A stretch of 25,223 nt of DNA from a virus (taxonomy: Duplodnaviria; Caudoviricetes). Below are positions 1 to 12,600 of the stretch, piece after piece. Below the pieces are notes generated by a model. The model worked only from the letters and a program-made list of their open reading frames with translations, was not told the DNA's origin and did not search any database. The number at the start of each line of letters is the position of its first letter. The stretch's first letter is position 1. A program made the position numbers and the translations under genes. The DNA lies in IMG/VR virus record IMGVR_UViG_3300037634_005690, positions 1 to 25,223 of that record. One strand, 5' to 3'.

Positions 1-2
1 TG

Positions 3-308
3 GCCACACAAAACCTGAAGATGCTTATGCTGACGAACCCCGGGGAGAGAATGATGAACCCGGATTTTGGGGTCGGCCTAAAAAGTTATTTGTTCGAACA
101 AAACACCCCTGACCTCCATGCGGCGATTAACGACCGGATCATGTCCCAAGTTAGTCGATATCTAAATTATTTACACATAGACAGGGTAGATTTTTCAGTA
201 CCTGAAAATAGCCCAGATGTGTATCCTCACACCCTTTCTCTTACAATACATTTCACAATTGTACCGCTACAGACTTCTCAAACGCTTCAAATTGAGGTTG
301 GCGACTAA
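3..308 (+). CDS. gp25: Baseplate wedge subunit, T4 gp25-like (GPW_gp25 family); 5'-truncated by the window edge
   Basis: The frame is open from nt 3 (ATQNLK) into the 21..308 ORF, so the true start is probably upstream. It carries the gp25 signature QNLKMLMLTNPGERMMNPDFGVGLKSYLFE and lies directly upstream of a gp6-like gene. Confidence 0.88.
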   Translation, partial: ATQNLKMLMLTNPGERMMNPDFGVGLKSYLFEQNTPDLHAAINDRIMSQVSRYLNYLHIDRVDFSVPENSPDVYPHTLSLTIHFTIVPLQTSQTLQIEVGD

Positions 309-313
309 TTATT
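304..313 (+). promoter_or_regulatory. Putative late-promoter motif variant ACTAATTATT
   Basis: 8/10 match to the ACTATTTATA found at 22867 and 25010, located 14 nt upstream of the ATG at 328. Confidence 0.4.
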
Positions 314-327
314 AACGGACCTGCGCA

Positions 328-2124
328 ATGCCAAAAAAACAACAAGCTATAGACTATACAAGCCGAGACTTTGATTCAATTCGAAAAGACCTGGAAGAAT
401 ACGCCAAAAGGTACTATCCAGATACAATCAAAGATTTCAGTGAAGCATCTTTCGGCGCCCTTATGTTGGACACGGTTGCCTACATTGGCGACATCTTATC
501 TTTCTATGTAGATTATCAGGCTAACGAGAGCTTTATGGATTCTGCTATTCAATATAGCAATGTGGTTCGTCATGCTCGACAATTTGGGTTTCGTCTCCCA
601 GCCAGCCCCTCTTCTTATGGCACGCTGACATTTTATATTAAGGTTCCATCTACAAGCGTCGGCGCGGGCCCAGATCTGGACTATGCCCCAGTTCTTAAAG
701 CCGGCTCCGTCTTTGGATCTTCTGGTGGTGGCTCGTATACGCTATTGGAAGATGTTGATTTTTCAGTGGCGACCAATCAGGTTGTGGCAGGCGAAGTAAG
801 CACAAACACCGGTGATGCCACTTCATACATCATCAGGGCCCTCGGCCGCGCCGTGTCCGGTCATGCTGCTATAGAAGAAGTTAATGTTGGAGATTTCGAA
901 CGGTTTTTAAAGATTCCACTTCGAGTGGCTAATGTTGCAGAAATTTTGAGCGTGGTCGATGCCGAAGGGCACGAATATGTTGAGGTTGATAATCTATCCC
1001 AAAATGTGATTTATAAAGCAATCCGCAACACAGACACAAACCGCTCCACTGTTGCCAGTATTCTGAAGGCCGTACCGGTCGCGCGCCGATTTGTTCTAGA
1101 GCAAACTAGTACAGAGTCTTTCTTACAGTTTGGATACGGATCAGACTCAGAACTTATGAGTAATTCGGTCTTGGACCCCACTCATCTGATGCTCGACCTT
1201 AATGGTAGAGACTACATTACAGATTTAGATTTTGATCCCACTCAATTGATTAGCACTGATAAGTTCGGCGTTGCACCCAGCAATACTAAGCTTACTATTT
1301 CTTATCGTCTCAATAGTAATAGGGACGTTAATGCAGCAGTTAACACTGTCATCAGTGTTCAGAATCCTACTTTTCGTTTTATCAACCCGAACGCTTTGTT
1401 GAATACGACACGAAACAGCGTCATCAATAGTTTAGAGGTAACTAACGAGGAGCCGTTTGTGGGGAGCATTGCCCTCCCAACATCAACAGAGATCAAAGAG
1501 CGCTCCCGAAGTTTCTTCGCAACGCAAAATCGGGCGGTTACGGCACAAGATTATCAGGCAATTGTTTACGGCATGCCCGGGAAGTTCGGCGCGGTACACC
1601 GAGCACGTATTATTAAAGATTTTGATGAGTTTAAGCGTAATTTAAATTTGTATGTGATCTCTACTAATACAAGCGGAAAATTGATTGCGAGCAACACAAC
1701 CCTAAAAACAAATGTTAAAAATTGGCTAATGCAGTATAAAATGATTAATGACACCATCGACATTTTAGACGCTGAGATAGTAAATTTTGGAATAAAGTAT
1801 CAAGTGACTCTGCAAGCAAATGCTAATCGCTTTTCCGTAATCAGTAGGGCCAATCAGCGCCTAGCCAAGTTTTATGCGTCGAATGCTTATGACATTGGCG
1901 AGGGGATATTAATTTCGGACGTGTATAGGGAGTTGTTAAAGGTGAAGGGCATTTTGGATGTATATGACGTACAGATTGTCCCCAAGCAGGGCGGAAATTA
2001 TTCGGAGAGCAATTATGATTTTGATAGTAACCTCTCGGCTGATGGAAGCATGATCAAGGCAGCACAGACAACAATTTTTGAATTAAAGTTTCCCAACGTT
2101 GACATTCAAGGAACGATCAGGTAA
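328..2124 (+). CDS. gp6: Baseplate wedge subunit, T4 gp6 / baseplate J-like (598 aa)
   Basis: N-terminal YTSRDFDSIRKDL...DFSEASFGALMLDTVAYIGDILSFYVDYQANESFMDSA, a central FGYG motif and C-terminal ATQNRAVTAQDY are characteristic of gp6/gpJ wedge proteins. Size and position after gp25 also fit. Confidence 0.88.
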   Translation: MPKKQQAIDYTSRDFDSIRKDLEEYAKRYYPDTIKDFSEASFGALMLDTVAYIGDILSFYVDYQANESFMDSAIQYSNVVRHARQFGFRLPASPSSYGTLTFYIKVPSTSVGAGPDLDYAPVLKAGSVFGSSGGGSYTLLEDVDFSVATNQVVAGEVSTNTGDATSYIIRALGRAVSGHAAIEEVNVGDFERFLKIPLRVANVAEILSVVDAEGHEYVEVDNLSQNVIYKAIRNTDTNRSTVASILKAVPVARRFVLEQTSTESFLQFGYGSDSELMSNSVLDPTHLMLDLNGRDYITDLDFDPTQLISTDKFGVAPSNTKLTISYRLNSNRDVNAAVNTVISVQNPTFRFINPNALLNTTRNSVINSLEVTNEEPFVGSIALPTSTEIKERSRSFFATQNRAVTAQDYQAIVYGMPGKFGAVHRARIIKDFDEFKRNLNLYVISTNTSGKLIASNTTLKTNVKNWLMQYKMINDTIDILDAEIVNFGIKYQVTLQANANRFSVISRANQRLAKFYASNAYDIGEGILISDVYRELLKVKGILDVYDVQIVPKQGGNYSESNYDFDSNLSADGSMIKAAQTTIFELKFPNVDIQGTIR

Positions 2125-3629
2125 TGGCAATTGCAAGATATAGCGCTAGCGCAGATACAACTATTACAAATGCTTTTGAGGCCGACCTTTCCACGCGTGG
2201 CACCGGCTCCAACATGGGCTATGCCGACTCCCTGGAGATTTTTTCTATTTATGGCCAGACCTCAGGATCCAGCCTAGGCCAGTCTCAAGAACTATCCCGT
2301 GCGTTAATTAAGTTTCCGATATCTCAGATTAGTGCAGATCGCACGGCTGGTACGCTACCCGCTAGCGGCAGCGTTGCATTTTATTTACGCATGCACAACG
2401 CACAGCACCCTTTTACGCTTCCTCAAGATTTTAATCTAGTGGTCACCCCTGTCTCGATGTCCTGGAACGAAGGCACCGGCCTCGACATGGATGAGTATCA
2501 AGATTTAGGAACTGCCAATTGGATTTCTGCTAGTAGTGGGGTTCCCTGGGATTCTATTGGCGGGGATTATCTTTCTGCGGCAAATGGAGCTGTCGATTAT
2601 AATGTATACTTTGGGCAGGGCTGGGAAGACATCGATCTCGACGTTACTCATACCGTGGAGCAGTGGATTGCAGGAACACACTCTAATCATGGTTTTGGAG
2701 TTCATCTAACAGCAAGTCAAGAAGCCTACTTTTCTAGTTCTACTGGCGCCGATACTTCTGTCTTAATCGACAATACCGGTGGGGCTAAAGATTCTTATTA
2801 TACTAAGAAATTTTTCGCTCGATCCAGTCAATTTTTCTTTAAGCGGCCACACATTGAAGCCCGCTGGGACTCGCGAGTTCAAGATGACAGGGAGAACTTC
2901 TATTATTCTAGTTCTTTGGCGCCGGCCGACGATAACCTTAATACTCTCTATTTGTATAACTACATTAGAGGACGATTGGTAGATATCCCAGCTGTCGGTA
3001 CCAACAACATTCTGGTGTCCATTTATTCTGGCTCGACGGCACCCACAGGATCGAAATTAACCCTGTATGATGGCAACACCAACATCACCGGTGGCCATGT
3101 AAGCACCGGGATTTATTCGGCATCCGTCGCGCTCACTGCTGCAGCCACTCCTCTTTTAGTAGTGTTTGACATGTGGCACAGTTCTAGCGTACAATATTTC
3201 ACCGGATCGATCTACCCCGAGAAGATGCCAACTTATTCTGCTGCGCCGACGTTTACTAAGGTCACGACATGTTCGAACCTTAAAAAATCATATTTACCAT
3301 CAGAAAAGGCCCGGTTTAGGTTTTTTATTCGAGATCGCAACTGGAATCCAACAATCTATGTTAAGGCGACTGCCAATAATCCCACAGACATTATAACCAG
3401 CGCATCTTATTCTATTACGCGTGTCACGGATAATTATCCGGCGATTCCATTTGGTACAGGGTCCCATTTGAGTACATATACGTCGTACGATAAGGATGGA
3501 AACTATTTTGATCTTGACATGTCGCTTCTAGAATCGGGATACATGTATCAAATTAGTTTAGCCTATTATAACGATAGCATAGCGGACTGGCAAGTACAGC
3601 CTCAAACATGGAAATTTAGAGTTGATTGA
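2124..3629 (+). CDS. Probable virion/baseplate protein with N-terminal DNRLRE/CBM96-like beta-sandwich and C-terminal Ig-like region (501 aa)
   Basis: The motif chain ADTTI...NMG...SRALIKF...YLRM...SWNEGTG...W...GGDY...LDVTHTVEQW...NHGF...FFARSS...RPHIEARW resembles DNRLRE-domain proteins. A TAATG overlap couples it to gp6, and it ends in a double stop TGA TAA. Confidence 0.6.
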   Translation: MAIARYSASADTTITNAFEADLSTRGTGSNMGYADSLEIFSIYGQTSGSSLGQSQELSRALIKFPISQISADRTAGTLPASGSVAFYLRMHNAQHPFTLPQDFNLVVTPVSMSWNEGTGLDMDEYQDLGTANWISASSGVPWDSIGGDYLSAANGAVDYNVYFGQGWEDIDLDVTHTVEQWIAGTHSNHGFGVHLTASQEAYFSSSTGADTSVLIDNTGGAKDSYYTKKFFARSSQFFFKRPHIEARWDSRVQDDRENFYYSSSLAPADDNLNTLYLYNYIRGRLVDIPAVGTNNILVSIYSGSTAPTGSKLTLYDGNTNITGGHVSTGIYSASVALTAAATPLLVVFDMWHSSSVQYFTGSIYPEKMPTYSAAPTFTKVTTCSNLKKSYLPSEKARFRFFIRDRNWNPTIYVKATANNPTDIITSASYSITRVTDNYPAIPFGTGSHLSTYTSYDKDGNYFDLDMSLLESGYMYQISLAYYNDSIADWQVQPQTWKFRVD

Positions 3630-3639
3630 TAATTAGGAC

Positions 3640-6600
3640 ATGAGTTTAAAGGATTATTATAATAAAGCAAAATCTATTCAAGCTCTGGCCAACAAATCAG
3701 CCGAAGAAATTGGGGCTGAAGTAGAATCTGTTGGCTACCATCAAGAAGACATAATTCGCGAAGAGCGTTTTATCCCTTCTGTAGATTTTTCGCTTCCAAG
3801 AAACTTCGCCCGCTATGGGTCTGCTGTTGATTATTATAAGCAGTCTCTAAAGCGAATTTATGATTATTTTCCCTATGATGGTTCCCTTCGCGAGCGCGTT
3901 AAATGGGAAAATGAGTCAACCTATTTAGATCTTTATCTATACAACAATGAGTATCCTCGAACAAATGGTTATGCATTATTTTCCCCAAGTGGCTGGGGCG
4001 CGTTAGCCGACGGCACAACTATCGTCGATGGATACGGCCTCCCGTCGAGCTTAGAATACATTTATTTAGAAGGCGGCCCTCACATTAATGCGGGCGGAAT
4101 GACGCCCATCGATGTTCAGTTTACTGGGTCCAATTATTATGAACCTTCAAAGAATCGGGAGAGCAATCTTAAATATGATGTGCAAAATAAGGGTGTTTCT
4201 TTGGAGTTTTGGCTCAAGAAGGATGCGTTCGACATCAACAAGACCAGGAAAGAGGTTGTTTTCGACCTGTGGAACGGTATTACTTCTTCTGCGGATAACT
4301 ATGGGCGCCTTCGGCTAGAGCTCACCGCCACTGTGGATGGCGCAAATCCTTTTATTTTGACAGCCATGTCTGGCACCAAAGGTGTTTTCGAAAGCCCCAT
4401 CGCTTCGAGTGGCTTTACCACCTCATCTCTTGCCGATAGTAAGTGGCATCATTATGCGTTGACTCTTATGTCATCCTCGACCGGCTTTAAGAGCGTTTTC
4501 TATGTGGACGGGAGTCCCGAAAACCAGGCGACCTTGGGCACTTCTAGTATTAATGAAGTAACCGGCGCCCTGCGCGCGACAGTCGGAGCGCTGATTACAT
4601 CTCCGAGCGCTTCCGGTGCACCGGCCTATGCAGGAAAACTCTCCGCATCTTTGGATGAATTTCGCTATTGGAAAACTGAGCGCAGCGCCAAGAACATTGG
4701 TAGACATTGGTTTACTCAAGTCGGTGGTGGGTCCAATGTCGATCCAAAACCGTTTGTGGAAACTACGGAGGATGTTAATACCACCCTCGGAGTTTATTAT
4801 AAGTTTAATGAAGGAATCACCGGGGTTGCAGCAACTGATTCTATCGTGTTGGACTATTCCGGCCGCGTTACTAACGGAGCTTGGACCGGTTATGTCGACG
4901 GCGCCCGTTCTACAGACTCTGCTATTGTTGAGTCGGCCGCAGCAGTACGCGAATATAAAGATCCCATTATTTACTCTTTTCATCCGGAAGTCATAGCTCT
5001 TGGTGACAAACTGGAGCTTACCGGCTCAGAGCACGATGTTGACAATAATGCTTCGATGTATAATTCGATCCCTTCATGGATTACCGAGGCTGACGCGGAA
5101 GGTCAAAAACAACTTAAGTATTTGACCCAAATAATGTCGAGCTATTTCGACACCCTGCAGCTTCAGATAGAATCGGTATCAACTCTAAAAAATGTTACCT
5201 ATCCTTCAAGCAGCGCCAAGCCCCTTCCTTTTGCCGAGCGCCTTTTGAATTCGTCCGGCCTCATCGCTCCCGATTTATTTATAGATGCCGACATCCTAGA
5301 AAAACTAGCAGACCGAAGCGAAGATAAAGTTTATGAAAAATCCCTCCAGGATGTTAAAAACACCATTTATCAAAACATTTATAATAACTTAGTTTACATT
5401 TATAAATCAAAGGGTACCGAGAAATCTTTCCGTAATTTGATTCGATGTTTTGGTATTGATGACGACCTGATAAAGCTCAACATGTACGGCGCCGGCATCG
5501 AGTATGAGATGGAGAACAACCGACGCATTGTGTCGGTAACTGATAGGTACGTCGACTTTAATAAAGAAGATAACTATACAGCGACCGTTTTTCAATATCA
5601 AGACTCCAACAGCTCGACAAATACCACTGGGTTTATACCCGCGGATACGCGACTTACAGGCGGATATGCCCAGACGCTAGAGACACAGATCCTTTTCCCG
5701 AAAAAGCCTGACCCAGCTGCTTCGTTTTATTTTGATACAAATGCGATAAGCTCTTCTTTGTTTGGGGTTTATGGCACTCAGGGATCTCAGACTGATACTA
5801 CATGGGAAATTGATGATTTTGTTAACTATCAAGTTTTTACTGAAAGGGAAGACATTACCTCGGATAACTGCCGCTTTGTTCTTACGGGGAGCGGTGTTGG
5901 CGTTGTACCGTTGTTGCGATCACCACTATTTGAGGAGGTGTACGACAATACTCACTGGAATTTAGCTGTACGAATCAAGCCTGAAAGATATCCATACGCT
6001 GCTGCTGGTCCCGGATCCGGCGCCGGTGTCGCCGGCGCCGATAGTGGCAACTACATCATTGAACTACACGGCGTTCAGTACGACGCTGGCCTTTTGCGCA
6101 ATAAGTTTACTGTTAGCGGAACAATTGCGGGTCCTGTTTCTCAATTTGTAACCGGCAGTAAACGATTCTTCGTGGGCGCTAATAGAACCAACTTTACGGG
6201 CTCCATCTTGAACACGTCTGATGTTAAGGTTAGTGCATGCCGTTATTGGTTGAATTATTTGGATGACGCCGTATTGGAGGCTCATGCTGCTGACACACAG
6301 AACTACGGATCGCTGCAGCCTCATTTCTATGCGTTCCCCTTTGATTATTCGGCGCCAAATGGCGAGGTGCTCCAGGCCGACACGCTAGTATTTAACTGGG
6401 AGTTTTCCAACAATACAGGGTCGAACGCTAGTGGACAATTTGTAGTTGCCGATGAATATTCAGGAAGTGCTGCTACTGCAGCCTCCCGTTTCGATTGGTT
6501 GGGAGACATTTTATGTCAGCAGAACACCGCCCTCGGATATGGCTTCCCGGCCTCTACAACTGGAAGTATTGATAAAGATTTTGTGGTTTCTTCAAAGTTG

Positions 6601-9600
6601 CAGCTTCCCGAAAATGTTCAGTCAAGTGACATGGTTACGGTTCTTGGCGCTCAAGAGCAAAACATTTTTACTCGTAATTCTCGGCCAATTAATTACTTTT
6701 TTGCTTTCGAAAAGAGTATGGCCCAAGCTCTTTCGGTTGAGATGATCAACTACTTTGCCACCCTCAAAGACATGCATACAATCATCGGCGCGCCAGTCAA
6801 TCGCTATCGTCCTGAATATAAGGGCCTTCGAGTTTTGCGAGAGAGATTCTTCCAGCGCGTCAGCAACAATGAAGTGGATTTTGAAAAGTTCTATGAGTTT
6901 TATAAGTGGTTTGATTCATCGCTTACTGTAATGCTAGAACAGCTAGTTCCTGCCTCAGCTGATTTCTCCGACAATGTGCGCACCATTATCGAAAGCCACA
7001 TGTTTGAGAGAAGCAAATATCAGCATAAATTTCAAAACGTTAAAAAGCAAGACCCACAGATCGAGGGTACTGCAGTTGGCGCTGAAGAGCAGGCCGAAAT
7101 GCAGACATCGCCCGAAGGCGACCCACAAGGTACAGGATTTTATTCGGCAAATGCGGTCTCCAAAAGACAGATTGGCTCCTCGCAGCCCATCAATTTCAGT
7201 GCGTGGAAATTGATTCATGCGCCAGTTGATGGGGAGCAAGACGCGAAGTCAATTTGGTGGCGTTCCCGCGCTGAAAGAGGAAATGTCGTTTTATCTTCAT
7301 CTACGGGGCCCGTCAATACCAACAAACAGGTTTATCTAAAGGCCATCGAGAAGGGAAACAAACGCGCAAGACAGTCTCCCTTTAGGTTTGGGGGAAGTGG
7401 TAATTATACGCTAGGAGGCGTTGGCTTTAATCAAAACAAGAGAGTCAATTATGTATTTACCGCGACTACTCCTTTTGGGTCGGTCCGCGCCGGAAAGGCG
7501 CTTAATCGCTTAGTTGGCCGCGGCAGCCAAGTTGAGAAATTGCTAAACACTACAGATGTGTTTCATCCGGCGTTTAAGCAAAGACTAGGATTCCAACTTG
7601 ACCCCGACGACGCTCGCGGTGAAGTGCTTCAGAGGGCCAATGGTAACCTTCTGGTGCCCTTTAGTCTGTACTCTAGTTCGGTTGAGACGGGATATAATAG
7701 AGAAGTTGTTGAAAATTATGCGAGCGGTACGCTGCTTACCAATCTCCATCATGATTTGGTTTATAATGCTGACATCCCTGCTCAGGGCCCCTTTACTGAG
7801 AAGTTTGTCGGCGGCCGTGCCTATCGCCATGTACCCCTGAATCAGAGCGACACCTCAACCCCAGATACTGCTGATAGTCGGGCAGAGGGCTTCAAAATTC
7901 GTTTTGCTCATGTTGCTGGCGAAAACGGAGCGACTGAGATTAGCGTGGTCTCTCCCAATTATGATCCCAATAGTACGGTGTTTTACGACGCTGCTCTTCC
8001 CCGAGGAGATAAACTGCGAAATGTGGGTACCAAGCGCCCCGTCAACATACAGAACATTAAAATGACGACGGCTTCTGTCGGCACTACCTTGTCGGGAGTG
8101 CTGGCTCATGGGCCGATAGGAAATTATCAAAAAAATTATGAAGTGGTACAAACCGCAGCTCGACGCAAGAATGATCCTTATTTTAGGAAGCAGACGTTTG
8201 ATTTCGCCCTGTATCCTGAAACCCTGGCTACTCGCGGCCGATTCCCCCTCACCGTTCAGACATCAGAAGACTCGTACGTTTATAAGTTTTATCGAGGTAT
8301 CGCCGCTACTGAGGCGATTATTGACGGTGATAACGTGGGTTGGATCGGCCAGGACCTGGAGCAAGCGTGGACTGCTCTCTCGGGAAGTGGATCTACTTTT
8401 TCTATTCTGTTCAATGCTTCTGATAATACCTTACAGCAAGGCGGGACAGTGTGGTCTGCAACCGGCTACAGCGCCGGCGGCGCACCCTCCGAGTACCAGG
8501 GCCAGGAGCAAACGCTACTTGGTTGGGGCGGTACCGATAGCAATGACATGGTGCGCCACGTGTTTTTAAAGTCCGGCTCCAACCAAGATGGCCCAATGCT
8601 CGGACTCAGCGTCGCGCGCGGGAACACTCTGGAGGACATGTATTGGCTCTCGGGGCCCGGGTTGATAGGCACTGAGCCTGGATGGAAACATCTTGTCTTT
8701 ACGTTGGACAATCAAGATAAAGAGTATGGCGATTATCTACGTCAACAAACCCAGCGCAGCAACAAGTACGCCGCCTTTAATGGTACTACGACCAATGTAG
8801 ATCTAGGCGCCCCAGCTGTTTGGGAATCTTTGATTGGTGGATCAGGGGCGTCTGCGAAAGCCTTTTCGGTTTCTTTTTGGATGCGGCCTGCTGCTACGTT
8901 TGGCGATACCTACCCGCGGCTGTTCAGCTATTCCATCAACGGTCGCCAGCTTTACCTCAATGGCACTACCCTAGGGTCTTCCGTATTGCAGTTCCAGGGC
9001 GGCGCCATCACCAACCGCGCCGTGGGAACCACGACTTTCACTGCCGAGACCTGGTACCACGTGGTCGTGGCCTTTTCGGGGGGAGCCTCAGATCCAACGA
9101 CCCTCTATGTAAATGCGGCGGATGATACTAGCGCAACAACGACGACTAGCAGCCCGACTACGATCACTGGATACAATTCTCACATCGGCGCGGCCAACGC
9201 CAATCAGCAAAATTTCACCGGCTCGATGTGTGATTATGCAGTTTATGACAAATGCCTTGTTCAGGCAGAGGTGGAAGAGATATATGGTGGAGGCAAGCGT
9301 GTTGAATTAACGAACACATCTCTGAAAAACAACATACTTCAATGGTTGCTCCTCGGCGCAGATCCTGATGATAGCAGTTCTATCATGAATGATAATTCCC
9401 GCGGCCCATGGTTTCTTAACACGGCGCTTACTGGGGCTGTTTATAATGGATACCCGGACAACAATGCTTCTTATCCGATGCCGACAATCATCGATGATGA
9501 CCTAGGCCCGGGCCCGGGAGTTCCGACCGACTTCGTTACTTTGGGAGATTTTAATCCCATCTATATCTCATCCGGCTCTTTTGCGGTTAATATTGCTGGC

Positions 9601-12600
9601 ACTGGATCTTATTATCGCCCGGGCCCAGGATCTGGGTCTGCTCCGACCGGTTCTTCCACGACTACCGTTAATAGCATTAATCTTTGTGGTGGTGTGTGCC
9701 TGTTAAATCAATGGTATAACCCGGGCGAATTCACCGCCGCCCAAGGCTGTCCCAATACAGCGATTATCAGCGTCGCGTATTGGACCGGATCGGTTAATAC
9801 CACTGGATCTTCGGCGTGGGCTGATCAGCTTATTGCGAGTGGTAGTACTATTACGGAGGCGGGCTCTCCAGGTAATTGTCCAGTGGGTTCGGAGGCTCTC
9901 GCCGGCGCCAATGTTGGAATGGTCGACCTTACCGCATCTGTAGAGTATAAAGTTAATTTGGCGTCTTGGTACAATTTCAGTGATGAAGGCATGGCCTACA
10001 TCACCGCCGGGAAGGGAATCTGCTGGTCAACCGAGCCAATTCCCGAAGCAGATGTACTTGTCACCGAGACCAGCGTCGGCAGTGAATTCTATTTCCAACC
10101 ATTGTCGAGCAGCGACTTGGCCATATATGGCGGCGGAACTTACACTAAAACATACAGTGGGTATAATAGTAATTGTTCTGGAGTTTTGGATTATGCACTC
10201 CCCGATCGTAGTGGCATCAATTCAAATCAAACTGTTATTGTAAATCGTTTTGCCGGTAGTGGCTATGAAGTCATGTCCCGAGGCTACTTGGGCCCCGCAC
10301 ATGAAGAGATGTCGGTGTATAGTGCTCTTCCTTACCATAACCTCTCAGTCATAAACTATGGCTTGTCGGGATCGGCATCTGTAGATCCTCTTGCGGCAAA
10401 AACCATTACCGTGGTGGACCAAATTGGGAAGAATCGGGGTCTAAACCAACGCGCAACGTTGCACTCTGGCCGCTTTGGCACAGACGCCGCTTACGGCTCC
10501 GTGTCAGCCTTCACTTATGATGTTCTTCCGTCCTGGCACAAGACCAATCGCAATGCCTTGAGTCGCCTGGAAATCAAACAAGCCGGCGCTATTGGAACAG
10601 CGTCGACCTATGATAACTTGTTTGTCCAGCATCAAATACCGCGTTCAGAGTTACAGTATGCTTGGATGACGGCTTCCTTAGATAAGCAAACCACGTTTAA
10701 TCCTATCGGATTGGATCGACCTTCCTGTATCAGTTCTTCTGTTCTAGACATGTTGATTACCAGCAGCGACATTCAGACTGGCGTGAACACATCCCAATAC
10801 CGGTCTGGCGATGTCTTCCACAATTGGGCATTCTTCGGGCTCGATGCCGGCTCGTCATTCGCTATGGCCGAATATACCAGCTTTGGGGTATCCTTTGCAG
10901 GAATGAATACTACAGTTTACGAGCCCGTTAGTAGTTCTGAGCACATTCTTGGCTTCCCGGAGATGACCGTCGATAACTGGGATCCCAGTGCTACAGATCA
11001 GGAACTCTGGTCTCGCGTTAACTATATTAATCCGTTTACGCATCAATACAGCCTGAATCCCTCGTCCCAAGGGTTCGTCATTGGCGGCCTCGTCCACACC
11101 GTCGTCCCGACTTACCCAGGAAAGGCCGCAGTTCTTAACGCCATTATACTTAAACGCCAGGGCCCATACGGCTGGCCAACATGGAAACAGATCCGCGGCG
11201 GTGACCACCCAGTTGCCCGGACCCTAAGAAAAGAGAACAAGATTACACTTGTACACGGACCCCCAATGATTTCCAATGGCCCCGGACAGGGCGAGAGCCG
11301 TGCCCTTAAGTCAAATGGCTTCACCGATTACATCGAATCCCCAGTTTCTTATGCTCGGTCGAAGCCCATCACTTTTGCTTTCGAGGACAATACTGATAAT
11401 CCGGATGCTCCAATTAACAATCTGTCTTTGAAGGTGAGTTACGGCAATGATCTACAGTACTTTGATAGTCACGGATTGAATAGTCGTTTAGGTCTTACGG
11501 CCCGCAAGTCTGCTGCTGAAGAGAACGCATTTACGTCTGTGGTCGATTTTAGCCGCAACTCAGATTTAAGTGTGGTGATTAGAACTGGTCAGAAGATTCT
11601 CCCCACCGCCTTAAACGAGGGCCTTGCGAAGGTTCGCAAGAGAGAAAACTATGACATCTCAGACATTTGGAATACTGTGAGAGAATTTCGAAGCCCTGCC
11701 ACTGGTGCAATAAATTCGTGGGGCGTTCATACCGACCCTAGCGCCAGCGTGTGGCCCTTGGATGCCCCTCTTGTCATGGCAGGTCCGAACATGAGGTTCG
11801 CAAATTCTAGTGGTATCGGTTCAACCATGAACATGCCGGGCACCGGTTCCGGCGCCGGAGACTTAATAAATAATTATATGTGGTTCGCCCCTAGGGGAAC
11901 GTCCGGCTTCGGCGATGGCAGCGGCGCTCGGGGATACTGCTCAGGGTCGACCACAGCGACGTATGTCATGCCCCTGCGTGTAGGCCAGAGAAGCTTTCAA
12001 ACTGCCAGTTATTTTACTGCCAATCCTACAGATGCCGAGTATGTCATTATTACGGCGCCGCAGTGGGAAGCCCCGGCTCAAGCTGGCATTCAGCCTTATC
12101 AGCCTTATGTAGATTATTCTAACCTGATTGATAGACTTGGGCGACATATGACCATACTTCCAGAATTCAGAATTAGTGAGCATGTAGAATCTGTAGTAGA
12201 AAATTATGGTGGCGACTTTTTGCAAAAATTCGATAACATGTTTTCACTTAGCGGAGGAACTCCCCCGAATAGCTCAGATAGTGAATTCTTTAAGACCTAC
12301 TCTACCACCGACTTTTTGCAGAATTTCCGGGTCGTCGATGATAATTTAGCCAACCAGAATACTGCTACGAGCACTATTCGTCGGCAGTCTATCGAACTTA
12401 CATGCGATGCAATACTTCAGTTCTTGCCTTATAAAGGATTTTATCCCGTGGAAAGAACTATGGAGCTATCGACGCTGTTTTCCAAATCGATGGGAGGCAT
12501 CGCTAAGGCCGACACCCAACAGGGCGATTATGACATTAATGCCTTTAAGCGCAATGTCTTTGCGCCTCTGATGGCTCCCGGAATTTTATTTAATACCATT

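Noticed and set aside
3919-3930. Intragenic ACCTATTTAGAT resembling the promoter motif
   Set aside because: It lies inside coding sequence with no nearby downstream gene start, and such a partial match is expected by chance.
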